Shown here: piece after piece, positions 55,588 through 64,000 of the stretch
How positions within the stretch are numbered: position 1 is the stretch's first letter
Layout: the number at the start of each line of letters is the position of its first letter
Origin: Candidatus Micrarchaeota archaeon
GTDB lineage: Archaea; Micrarchaeota; Micrarchaeia; Anstonellales; Bilamarchaeaceae
Assembly: GCA_043821365.1 (NCBI GenBank)
Contig: JBDRCX010000006.1
Span: forward strand, 64,001-128,000
Direction: 5' to 3'
DNA: 64,000 bases
Notes under the pieces: model-generated
What the model was told of the DNA's origin: nothing
The model's database searches: none
Seen by the model: only the letters and a program-made list of their open reading frames with translations
Made by a program: the position numbers and the translations under genes

Positions 55588-58176
55588 TTATTTTTTATAT
55601 TTTGGAACTGGTTTTTTTGTAAAGTAATAGGCTCCGCCCACCACTAAACCAACTAAAGCAAGGACAAATGCTGTTGAAACGCAGTCAATTCCCTTGTCCT
55701 CTTCAACAACAGCCGGAGAGGTTGTTGTTTGATTATCTGTTGGAGTTGTTGGTGGAGCAGAAGCACTGTTTGCCGCAGCAATTGCCTGATTTGCCAATGA
55801 TTCTGCTTCTTCATAATTCCCTGCTTCATATTCTTGTTCTGCTTGTCCAAGCAATCCTTCTGCTTCAGTGGTATTTTTCCCAGAGGCTTTGGCAGATGCT
55901 ATTGCAGACTCGGCTTCTTCAATTGCTTGTTCTGCTTCTGATGGATCAGGAACGCATGTTTCATCTGTGCAGATGTAACCATCTGAACAATCAGAATCTA
56001 GCGTACACTCTGGTTGTTCTTGATCCATACAAACATTGTCAGAACAATATTGGTCTGCTGAACAGTCTAAGTCTTCACAACATCCATATGCTACACATGC
56101 ATGACTTTCTATGTAACCACATTCGCATGTAATTGGCGTACATTCATTTTGTTGGCAGACTTCATCAGAAAGACAGTCTGCATTCACATAACATTCTAAG
56201 GTTAGTCCAGGTGTTTCAACACAGTCACAGTCATCCAAGTCTTGTTTTAATGTTGCTGAATCATAGCCGCTTTTTGATGCTCTTATTATTGCTAATTGGC
56301 CACATCCATCAAATTGTATTTCACCGTTTTCATCTGTCTTACCAATTATATCTCCATTAACTTTTACTTCTGCATTTTCAACTGGATCAGAACCTGAGGT
56401 TACTGTAACAGTATTTTCTTCACAATCTGAAACAAGTTCAATTGAAAGTTCTGGATCTGAAGGAGACGGATCGTTGTTGTTTGATTGCTCATCTGCAAAC
56501 AAACCGAACACATTCCAAAAGGCCGGCATAAGAAGGAACGATGATATGGTGTTATTTTCTGTATCTAACTCTTGTTCAAATTCTTCCCAACAATCTCCCC
56601 CTTCGTATTGACATAATAAACTAACCATAGAAGATTCATCATACCCATTTGATTCTTGGTTTGACCAATGGAAAATTATATCAAAAGATGTTTCATTGTC
56701 TGCCCCCAACCACAAATATTTGCTTCTGAATGATGTCAGATTAGAGGATGGTATCTCCCACAAGGAGTCATTGATAGCATATAGATCGAAATGACTAGCT
56801 AAGAGACTGATGGACATATATGGTGAATAACCATATCGAGTATTTTGTATTAATACATCGTCAACACAAAACCCTATCGTAGAATACACATTATTATAGA
56901 ACCAAGAATCATATATTGCTGGTTGAACTACAGAATAGGCACAATCCATAGTATCATTTACACCACCTAAAGAAAGAACTCCAACATCATTGCCATGTGC
57001 AAGTGCTGATGAAAGATTTACATCTCCAGAATTTCCAAAAAATAAGAAGCCTGCAGCTCCAGCTCCTTCTCCACCTTCGCCACAGTAATTATCATGGGCA
57101 GTATTTCCGGTAAAGTTTACAACCCATGAGTATACAGTCATGAAACCAGATGGAAAAATTGGAAACTCAGTTTTAAACAATTCAAGTTGATAACAGTATT
57201 CTGGGTCTGGTATTGGTGGATTATTACGTGCTGTGTTGTTAACCAAAGTTATCAGATATGATGATTCTACGATAAACCCAGCATGATAGTTATTGTATGC
57301 TAGATTATCTTGTAAATATTCATTGTCGGTATATAAGATAAGAAACCCAACATTATTATCATGAGCTATATTTCCGATCAGATCATTATATGACGTATAA
57401 TAATCTCCTTCAACAAGAAACCCATAACCACAGTTAGACGCATTATTTTGGATTAATGTATTCCAATCTGTCCTATAAAGATAAAAGCCAAAACTACCTT
57501 CTTCTCCTCCGCCCATACAATCAAAAACAGTATTATTTACGAACGTATTATTGTAACCATGCTCCCACTCTTCATCTGCAACTACATAGAAACCTATTGC
57601 AGCATTTTCAATAGTGTTGTTGATAAATAGATTATTATCATCCGCAATATAAAATGCAGTTCCTGCATTAGATAAAATGTAATTATTAGAGATATTATTG
57701 TAAGATAAAGGTTCTACAGCATCCAATAGAATACCTCCACTATGAGAAACCAAATAGTTATTATCGATAGTATTGAAACTAGAATCAGTAAGATAAATCC
57801 CATCAACCGTATTAGTATCAAGATAATTATTCCTTATACTACCAAAAGCGGAATAGAGAAATCTTATACCAAAACCATATCCTTCAATATTACAATTCTG
57901 TACAGTTACATTGTTTGCAGTATCTACATAGACACCATAACCAGAATCAGTATGATTGAGTTTGTATAAGTTAAGACAGTCAATAGTAACATCAGAAATA
58001 TTGACATATATACAGGCTTGCGCACCTGGGCCAACTCCAACACCAGAGATATTGTTGCTTAAATTATAAACCCCAGGTCCATCTTCCTCGTCTATAACAG
58101 TACATTCTGATATCACACCATCAGCAAACGTAGTTCCTAGAACCAACAACAGAAACGCAAAAATATAGAATTTCAT
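55588..58176 (-). CDS. Cell-surface protein: signal peptide, parallel beta-helix (NosD/CASH-like) repeats, Ig-like and Cys-rich modules, C-terminal TM anchor
   Basis: MKFYIFAFLLLVLGTTFA; repeated N..I.NN/GF.. units; C...ADC/C..DLDC/CTLDSDC repeats; TM followed by KK. Confidence 0.8.
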   Translation of the reverse strand: MKFYIFAFLLLVLGTTFADGVISECTVIDEEDGPGVYNLSNNISGVGVGPGAQACIYVNISDVTIDCLNLYKLNHTDSGYGVYVDTANNVTVQNCNIEGYGFGIRFLYSAFGSIRNNYLDTNTVDGIYLTDSSFNTIDNNYLVSHSGGILLDAVEPLSYNNISNNYILSNAGTAFYIADDNNLFINNTIENAAIGFYVVADEEWEHGYNNTFVNNTVFDCMGGGEEGSFGFYLYRTDWNTLIQNNASNCGYGFLVEGDYYTSYNDLIGNIAHDNNVGFLILYTDNEYLQDNLAYNNYHAGFIVESSYLITLVNNTARNNPPIPDPEYCYQLELFKTEFPIFPSGFMTVYSWVVNFTGNTAHDNYCGEGGEGAGAAGFLFFGNSGDVNLSSALAHGNDVGVLSLGGVNDTMDCAYSVVQPAIYDSWFYNNVYSTIGFCVDDVLIQNTRYGYSPYMSISLLASHFDLYAINDSLWEIPSSNLTSFRSKYLWLGADNETSFDIIFHWSNQESNGYDESSMVSLLCQYEGGDCWEEFEQELDTENNTISSFLLMPAFWNVFGLFADEQSNNNDPSPSDPELSIELVSDCEENTVTVTSGSDPVENAEVKVNGDIIGKTDENGEIQFDGCGQLAIIRASKSGYDSATLKQDLDDCDCVETPGLTLECYVNADCLSDEVCQQNECTPITCECGYIESHACVAYGCCEDLDCSADQYCSDNVCMDQEQPECTLDSDCSDGYICTDETCVPDPSEAEQAIEEAESAIASAKASGKNTTEAEGLLGQAEQEYEAGNYEEAESLANQAIAAANSASAPPTTPTDNQTTTSPAVVEEDKGIDCVSTAFVLALVGLVVGGAYYFTKKPVPKYKK

Positions 58177-58223
58177 GAATTGGATGGGAAAGGAGATAAT
58201 AAAAACTTATTTGACAGCCAATC

Positions 58224-59021
58224 TCAGTAAATAACAATCACAGGCTCATAGTATTTTCTCACATTGCCGCCATAAATACGGGCTTCAAGCATACGTGTGA
58301 GTTCTGTTTGTGCTTCCTCTTTAGTTCTATGAAGCCACCCCAATTTCATATTAAGCCTAATTACCCGGCCAGGTATAAGATGTCTGGTTGATTTTGGAGG
58401 CAGGGGGGTGTGTGCTTGGGCTGTTTTAACAATCTCTTCTTTTGTATATGATCTTCTTATGAAAACAGATTTGTTAAGCTCAATTAATTTCTGAACTTCT
58501 TCTTCAGGAATATAATCTATTGATCCTTTTTCTAATAATGAAAAAATATAGTTTTGTTCTTCAACCATTTCCATTAATTTGTATTTTCCTGGGTTAATAA
58601 GAAAACACTCTTTTTCTTGTGACATCAACATGAAAGGAGCTTTCAGATCATCAATTGCTTTTTTTCCTGTTTCATAGTCAACTTTTTCATATTTTAATGA
58701 ATCTAATTTGAAAATTTGTTCTGGCTTCAAGCCTACAAAAGGATACCAAGTGCCAACTTGGATTTCAGGATTCATATAGTCAACTTTTTGGCAAGTTGCA
58801 AAAGGGCATTCAATTATTTCTAAAACTTTCAAGCGATGGTTCCCATCAAGAACTACGCCTGTTTTATCATCAATAATAAGCGGGTCGACAAGATGACCGA
58901 TGTTAAGCATGCCTTCTTTTAGTTTTTTAAGATTTTGAGAAATAATCTGCTCGTGAGAAAGAAGCGTCTTGACCTCTCTTATTTCTAAGCTCTTTAACAT
59001 TTCTTCTGCTAAGATTCCCAT
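58224..59021 (-). CDS. ParB/Srx-fold free serine kinase-like protein (SerK-like)
   Basis: HEQ, DGNHR, DY, VGTWYP, FIRRSYTKEE, PKSTRH..P follow the motif order I recall for Thermococcus SerK. Confidence 0.72.
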   Translation of the reverse strand: MGILAEEMLKSLEIREVKTLLSHEQIISQNLKKLKEGMLNIGHLVDPLIIDDKTGVVLDGNHRLKVLEIIECPFATCQKVDYMNPEIQVGTWYPFVGLKPEQIFKLDSLKYEKVDYETGKKAIDDLKAPFMLMSQEKECFLINPGKYKLMEMVEEQNYIFSLLEKGSIDYIPEEEVQKLIELNKSVFIRRSYTKEEIVKTAQAHTPLPPKSTRHLIPGRVIRLNMKLGWLHRTKEEAQTELTRMLEARIYGGNVRKYYEPVIVIY

Positions 59022-59112
59022 AAATCCACTGTGATAACATATGTTTAAAAGCTATCGGAAAGTGCTTCGGCAGGTGACGATTTGAAGTATAAATAGGCAC
59101 GAAGAGATTTGG

Positions 59113-59976
59113 TTATTTCACATCCATGGTGATTCCTGAACCTGAAAGCACAGAAGGAAGAGAAAATCTTAAATGGTCATGACCAACTAACAGAACACCT
59201 TGTTCAAAATCTTCTTTAGTAATTACAAGAGCAAGATAAAGTTCCCTGCAGCCAAAATTTAGTAGTAAATTTATAGTAGTTATACGATCCATAAAACCAG
59301 TGATATCAGAGGCTGCTGCAGCTTGAGTTAAAACAGTAAGATCAATAAGCGCAATACCTTCATTCACACCATTGATAGGAATCCCCCTTGGTATGAAAAA
59401 TGCTGAAACCTCATCAAAAACTGCTTTTGCACTTGCCCTCAAGTCATCTGAACCATATTGTTCGATGTATCTTTTTAGAATGGATGCGAGTATAGGAAGC
59501 CCTAGTCTGCGATAGTCTGATGAAACTTCTTGGATTATACTGTCTGCACTATCACTAATATTAAACCCGGACTTATGAGCTAGAACAAATGTATGTGAAA
59601 CTGCAATACGAAAAAAATCCTGAACATGAGGTAATGTTTCAAATAGATTATCCAAATCAACATGTGGGTCAAAACGTCGCATATATTGTAGAAGTGTTGC
59701 GTCGTCTGCAGTATTCATAACCAACATGAAATTATAAAATTCACTAATTGTTTGTATAAATGCCAGACCTGCAGTGTGTTTAAGTCTTGGATGCTCAGTT
59801 GCAACAAGAGGAACCCCCAATGTTCTTTCAAGAGATGCTTTTTCATCTGGAAAAACACCTTCCAAAAAAAGTTTTGTGCTGAAGCCTCGTGCAGTTGAAA
59901 ATCTGGCGGCAGTTATGGCTTCCTCTCGCCTTGTTGTGCTGTGATGCTCTGGAAAGACAAGAAGCCGTTTGGTCAT
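59113..59976 (-). CDS. Hypothetical protein
   Basis: Start moved to MTKRLLVF (59976) because the longer ORF overlaps the tRNA. Confidence 0.6.
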   Translation of the reverse strand: MTKRLLVFPEHHSTTRREEAITAARFSTARGFSTKLFLEGVFPDEKASLERTLGVPLVATEHPRLKHTAGLAFIQTISEFYNFMLVMNTADDATLLQYMRRFDPHVDLDNLFETLPHVQDFFRIAVSHTFVLAHKSGFNISDSADSIIQEVSSDYRRLGLPILASILKRYIEQYGSDDLRASAKAVFDEVSAFFIPRGIPINGVNEGIALIDLTVLTQAAAASDITGFMDRITTINLLLNFGCRELYLALVITKEDFEQGVLLVGHDHLRFSLPSVLSGSGITMDVK

Positions 59977-60125
59977 GTGATAATTTTGTTGGGAAACATT
60001 AATAAAGTGATTATTTCTAGTAAAATGTGATAAGCAAGGAACGTTACTCGCTATGAATAAATTAGCCGCATTTTTGTTCCTATAGTGTTCACCGCGAGCC
60101 GAATGGCAAGCACAGCAAACAAAAA

Positions 60126-60196
60126 TGCGACCGCCGGGAATTGAACCCGGCCCGCGAGATTGGCAATCTCGAATCATACCGATAGACTACGGTCGC
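60126..60196 (-). tRNA. tRNA-Gly(GCC), no intron, CCA not encoded
   Basis: GCGACCG/CGGTCGC-A acceptor; CGAGA-TTGCCAA-TCTCG anticodon arm; CCGGG-TTCAATT-CCCGG T-arm. Confidence 0.96.
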
Positions 60197-60370
60197 TTTT
60201 GTTAAATGAATTTATTTTGTAAATTAAATGACAAAATAGGTAGCAGAAGTATAAGGCAAAAACAATAAAAACTGTGACTTTTGATGAATTTTCAATTAGA
60301 AAAAGATATGGATACTGGTACGGAAATGACCTCCCAAAATTGTTTAATAATTGAAATGTAAATACTAACT

Positions 60371-61522
60371 GTGGGAATGAGTAAAGGGTCTTACCTCAAA
60401 AGGATAACATCAAATATGCAAATGCGCAGTGTGGAAATTGGAGAAAAATTAGATGGCACCACACCACCATCAGTATTTGTTGGGAGTTATGGTTATCCAA
60501 AAGTCTATGTTGGACCAATGATGAGCCCAGAGCATGGAGATACTTCCATATTAGACACTCCCGAATCATGGATACCTGGCAAAAAAAATCAGGAGGACAT
60601 AATAAATTTCAGGCTTGGTTTAGTAAGAGGGAAACAGATTGTTGGGATTAAAGATTTCAACAATAAACTAGTGCAAAAACTTCAAGAAATAACTCTTGCA
60701 TCTGGTTCAGTTCAAAGTGAGGCAAAATTTCATGGAAAACCAAGAGGGATTACTTTTGACTCTGAACATCAACCATTTGGACCTAGTGCCACAATAGACA
60801 AGTTTGATATTGATAATGTAAAATGGCACCCTCATCTGGAAAAAACATATTATGATACTGACTTCAAAGCAAAGGATGCTGCAATAGAACTCTACAATGA
60901 GGGAGTATTATTCTCACAAATACAAAAGGCACTTTCAACAGGTACCATGGGCATTGAAAAAAATAGAAAAATTGTTCCAACAAAATGGTCAATAACTGCT
61001 ACCGATACAGTATTAGCCAATCATTTATATGATGAAATAAAATGGAATGAAATAATTGATTGTTATGAGGTTTATGAATTTTCAAGTTTGAATAATTATT
61101 ATGTGATAATATTAACACCAACGCCATGGCAGTATGAATGGATTGAAGCGTTCATCCATGTAATGGAAAACGAAGAACTTGTTTTTGCTGACCATGAATT
61201 AACACGGGGTAAAATTGGCTATTCAACAGTTGGTGGCTGCTATTATAGTTGTAAATTTGGTATCCTAGAGGCATTGAAAAAAATGAAGAAACAGTCTGGC
61301 GCAGTTGTACTGAGGGAGGCTTATGAAGGATATGTACCTCTAGGAGTTTTCAATGTAAGAGAAAATGTTAGAAATGCAATGAAACAACTTCCGAGAAAAT
61401 TTGCAGATTTTAGAAGTTCATTAAATTATGTTTCAGCAAAACTTCGCTTACCAATATCAAGATTCATAGATCAAAGTGTTTTGATTAAAGAAATGTTACG
61501 CTATAAACAAACAACATTGTGA
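60371..61522 (+). CDS. Nre-family DNA repair protein
   Basis: TPPSVFVGSYGYPKV.VGP, PTKWSITATD, GGCYY, YVPLGVFNVRE; ends KQTTL. Confidence 0.85.
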   Translation: MGMSKGSYLKRITSNMQMRSVEIGEKLDGTTPPSVFVGSYGYPKVYVGPMMSPEHGDTSILDTPESWIPGKKNQEDIINFRLGLVRGKQIVGIKDFNNKLVQKLQEITLASGSVQSEAKFHGKPRGITFDSEHQPFGPSATIDKFDIDNVKWHPHLEKTYYDTDFKAKDAAIELYNEGVLFSQIQKALSTGTMGIEKNRKIVPTKWSITATDTVLANHLYDEIKWNEIIDCYEVYEFSSLNNYYVIILTPTPWQYEWIEAFIHVMENEELVFADHELTRGKIGYSTVGGCYYSCKFGILEALKKMKKQSGAVVLREAYEGYVPLGVFNVRENVRNAMKQLPRKFADFRSSLNYVSAKLRLPISRFIDQSVLIKEMLRYKQTTL

Positions 61523-61526
61523 ACTT

Positions 61527-62846
61527 ATGGAAGATACGTTGCAATATTTGTATTCACTAAAAAACCATGGATCAAAACTTGGGCTGGAAAGGATAGAAAC
61601 ATTGCTAAAAAAGCTCAATAATCCAGAGAAATCATTCAAATCAATATTAGTTGCAGGAACTAATGGGAAAGGATCAACAGTTGCAATTATTGATTCTGTA
61701 TTAAGAGATGCAGGTTTCAAAGTTGCAAGATATACGAGCCCACATTTATCTAGTTTAAACGAAAGAATAGTTGTTAATGGAAAGGAGATAAGTGATGATG
61801 ATCTTTTCAGAATTGTGAAAAGTATTAGGAAAATAGTTGATAAAGAAGAGCTACAAATAACTTTTTTTGAATTTATAACTGCAGTTGCATTTGTTTATTA
61901 TAATGAATGTAAAGTGGACTTTGCTGTTCTTGAAGTTGGACTTGGAGGGAGACTTGACGCAACAAATGTTGCCACCCCATTAATATCAATAATAACAAAT
62001 ATCTCTTTAGAGCATACTGAAATACTCGGAGATACAATAGAAAAAATTGCCTTTGAAAAAGGTGGAATAATAAAAAATAATGGGGCCCTTGTAACTGCAG
62101 CTAAAGATGGTTTGATTACCTTAGAAAAAATATGTGATGAAAAAAAATCAAGAACAGTTATTGTTGGAAAAGATATTATTGTGAAAAACTATGATCCGAC
62201 AACAAATGAGTTTGATGCTGAACTTTTTGATAGCACGCACCACTTGAAATTAGGATTAAAAGGAAGATACCAACTTGAAAATGCTTGCTGTTCTCTTGGT
62301 GCTCTTAGCATATTGCAGCAGAACGGAATTATTATTTCAGAAGAGAATATTAGAAGAGGTTTTGAAAAAGTAACTTGGCCAGGAAGAATGGAAACCGTAC
62401 AGAAAAACCCTTTTGTAATACTTGATTGTGCAAAGGATGCTGAAGCTGCAAGAAATTTAAGCAACATAATCAAAAATGATCTTAAATTGAAAAACATCAT
62501 TCTAGTTATTGGGATTTCATCTGATAAAAACATCAAAGAGATGGTAGGCGCATTAGCTCCGTTGGCAAAGAAAGTTATAATAACAACCCATAAAGTTGGC
62601 AATAGAACAGCAGAACCTTCAGTTATTGCTCAGTATGTAAAACAAGAAAAAGAAATAGTAATTGATGTCAAACAGGCAGTAAAAAGAGCATTGGAAATTG
62701 CCGGAGAACACGGTGTGGTTTTGATTACTGGTTCTGTATTTGTTGTAGGCGAAGCAAGAGAAATCTGGTTTAATAAAAAAACAAAACTTGGTTTAGAATT
62801 TAATGATCCCACACCAAGTAATATAAAACTTTACCACAAATCATGA
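61527..62846 (+). CDS. folC: Folylpolyglutamate synthase/dihydrofolate synthase
   Basis: VAGTNGKGS, TSPHL, EVGLGGRLDATN, WPGRME. Confidence 0.93.
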   Translation: MEDTLQYLYSLKNHGSKLGLERIETLLKKLNNPEKSFKSILVAGTNGKGSTVAIIDSVLRDAGFKVARYTSPHLSSLNERIVVNGKEISDDDLFRIVKSIRKIVDKEELQITFFEFITAVAFVYYNECKVDFAVLEVGLGGRLDATNVATPLISIITNISLEHTEILGDTIEKIAFEKGGIIKNNGALVTAAKDGLITLEKICDEKKSRTVIVGKDIIVKNYDPTTNEFDAELFDSTHHLKLGLKGRYQLENACCSLGALSILQQNGIIISEENIRRGFEKVTWPGRMETVQKNPFVILDCAKDAEAARNLSNIIKNDLKLKNIILVIGISSDKNIKEMVGALAPLAKKVIITTHKVGNRTAEPSVIAQYVKQEKEIVIDVKQAVKRALEIAGEHGVVLITGSVFVVGEAREIWFNKKTKLGLEFNDPTPSNIKLYHKS

Positions 62847-64000
62847 ACATGAATTATAAGTACATCCCTCTGATTTTGCTATTATTATACACAGGAATGG
62901 TGTATGCAGATTGTTCAGGTTATCAGGAAACATTTGATGTGAGAGTTTTAGATGCAAAAAATAGAACAGTTGAAGGTGCACTCATCCAAGTGAAGTTTGA
63001 TAGAGGAACATCATTTGGAGATCAATATTTTGTAACTGAACCACAACCAACAAATTCAGGAGGGATTGTAACTTACAAGATCTTAAACCAAGGAACTAAT
63101 ACAAGAGAAATTGATTGTAATATATACATAAACGCAACAATTGGCGGAACAAGTGCAACAAAAACAATTGTGGTTAGTGAACATGGGTCAATAGTAGACT
63201 TAAGAATAGAAGATCTTTACCCTGCAAGATTTTACATAAAAGACCAGTACAAAATTGGGATACCAAATAGCACAGTCACTGTAGATGTTTGGGGACCAGG
63301 AACAACAGATAGCACTGGTGTAGTTAAGGGATATTTGAAAGCCGGAAGCCATCAATATTTTGCCAGTCACAAAGATGCAAGTGAAGGTGGAGTTGTAGAT
63401 GTAGTTGATGATGTTTATTTTGAAATTATTTTCCCCCATTATCCAATAACAATTGAAGTAACAGACGATTATGGGGTTCCTTTAAACGCAACAATAACTA
63501 TTTTCAATGAGACTTTTGAACTAGAAAACGGAGAGTTCCAGCATCCGGAAGTGTTTGGACAACAAGTACCATATGAAATAGTATATCTTGGGGAAGTTGT
63601 CGAAGGAACAATGGATCCTGCCACTGACCCAGATCTTGAAATTAGATTTGATGTTCATGCACCAACAATATCTGAGGTTAAACAAGAAACAACTAATAAT
63701 AGGCCAAAATTAAGCATAACAGTAACTGACACTGGAGTTTATCCAAGTGGACTTGATGTCTCAAGCATGAAGGTCTGGTACAAACAAGAACCATCTGGAC
63801 CAAATGACCTGTGGCATCCGGCAGTAGTATTTACAACTGCAAAAGGACAGTTTACAGCTGAATTCCCAGAAATGGAACCTAACACGATAATTAGTTTCAA
63901 AATAGAGATAAAAGATCAAGCAACTAACAAAGCTGAGCTAGAAGGAAAGTTCACAACATTGGTTGTGGAAAATCCACAAAATACCACTGGAAACAATTCA
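62843..64000 (+). CDS. Secreted/surface protein with Ig-like beta modules, 3'-truncated by window edge
   Basis: ATG overlaps the folC stop; signal peptide MNMNYKYIPLILLLLYTGMVYA; VRVLDAKNRTVEGA; open to position 64000 by manual translation. Confidence 0.8.
   Translation, partial: MNMNYKYIPLILLLLYTGMVYADCSGYQETFDVRVLDAKNRTVEGALIQVKFDRGTSFGDQYFVTEPQPTNSGGIVTYKILNQGTNTREIDCNIYINATIGGTSATKTIVVSEHGSIVDLRIEDLYPARFYIKDQYKIGIPNSTVTVDVWGPGTTDSTGVVKGYLKAGSHQYFASHKDASEGGVVDVVDDVYFEIIFPHYPITIEVTDDYGVPLNATITIFNETFELENGEFQHPEVFGQQVPYEIVYLGEVVEGTMDPATDPDLEIRFDVHAPTISEVKQETTNNRPKLSITVTDTGVYPSGLDVSSMKVWYKQEPSGPNDLWHPAVVFTTAKGQFTAEFPEMEPNTIISFKIEIKDQATNKAELEGKFTTLVVENPQNTTGNNS

Noticed and set aside
59977-60177. 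N-terminal extension of ORF 59113-60177
   Set aside because: It translates tRNA-Gly sequence (RDCQSRGPGSIPG); the real start is likely 59976.

Overview
AT-rich archaeal chromosomal window (thermosome, Rpo7/Spt4, Rpo6, SRP54, ATP-dependent DNA ligase, NurA, Nre, tRNA-Gly, RNase P RNA). Gene style and content suggest a DPANN lineage, possibly Micrarchaeota-like (inference, not verified). The dominant accessory feature is a ~22 kb locus (7014-29252) of 14 paralogous Cys/Ser-rich hexapeptide-repeat proteins built from two ~250-aa unit types (A and B). Six genes are A-B fusions and eight are split A+B pairs, giving 10 AB modules. They are interleaved with three TrmB and two HTH_10 regulators and one HerA/TrwB-like ATPase. 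Three different cis-motifs each occur in two promoters of the locus; one links the ATPase gene to the 9-gene paralog operon. The window also contains an RNase P RNA missed by the ORF track, with type M-like core topology plus extra helices, and a family of small dispersed GAAC/GTTC hairpin elements, one inserted in-frame in a coding sequence. The rest is housekeeping genes mixed with divergent orphan enzymes: twin radical SAM proteins flanking inositol-1-phosphate synthase, a membrane-anchored PLP enzyme, a tandem-SIS/FAH pair and a SerK-like kinase. All family calls come from motifs recognised by eye; no searches were run.
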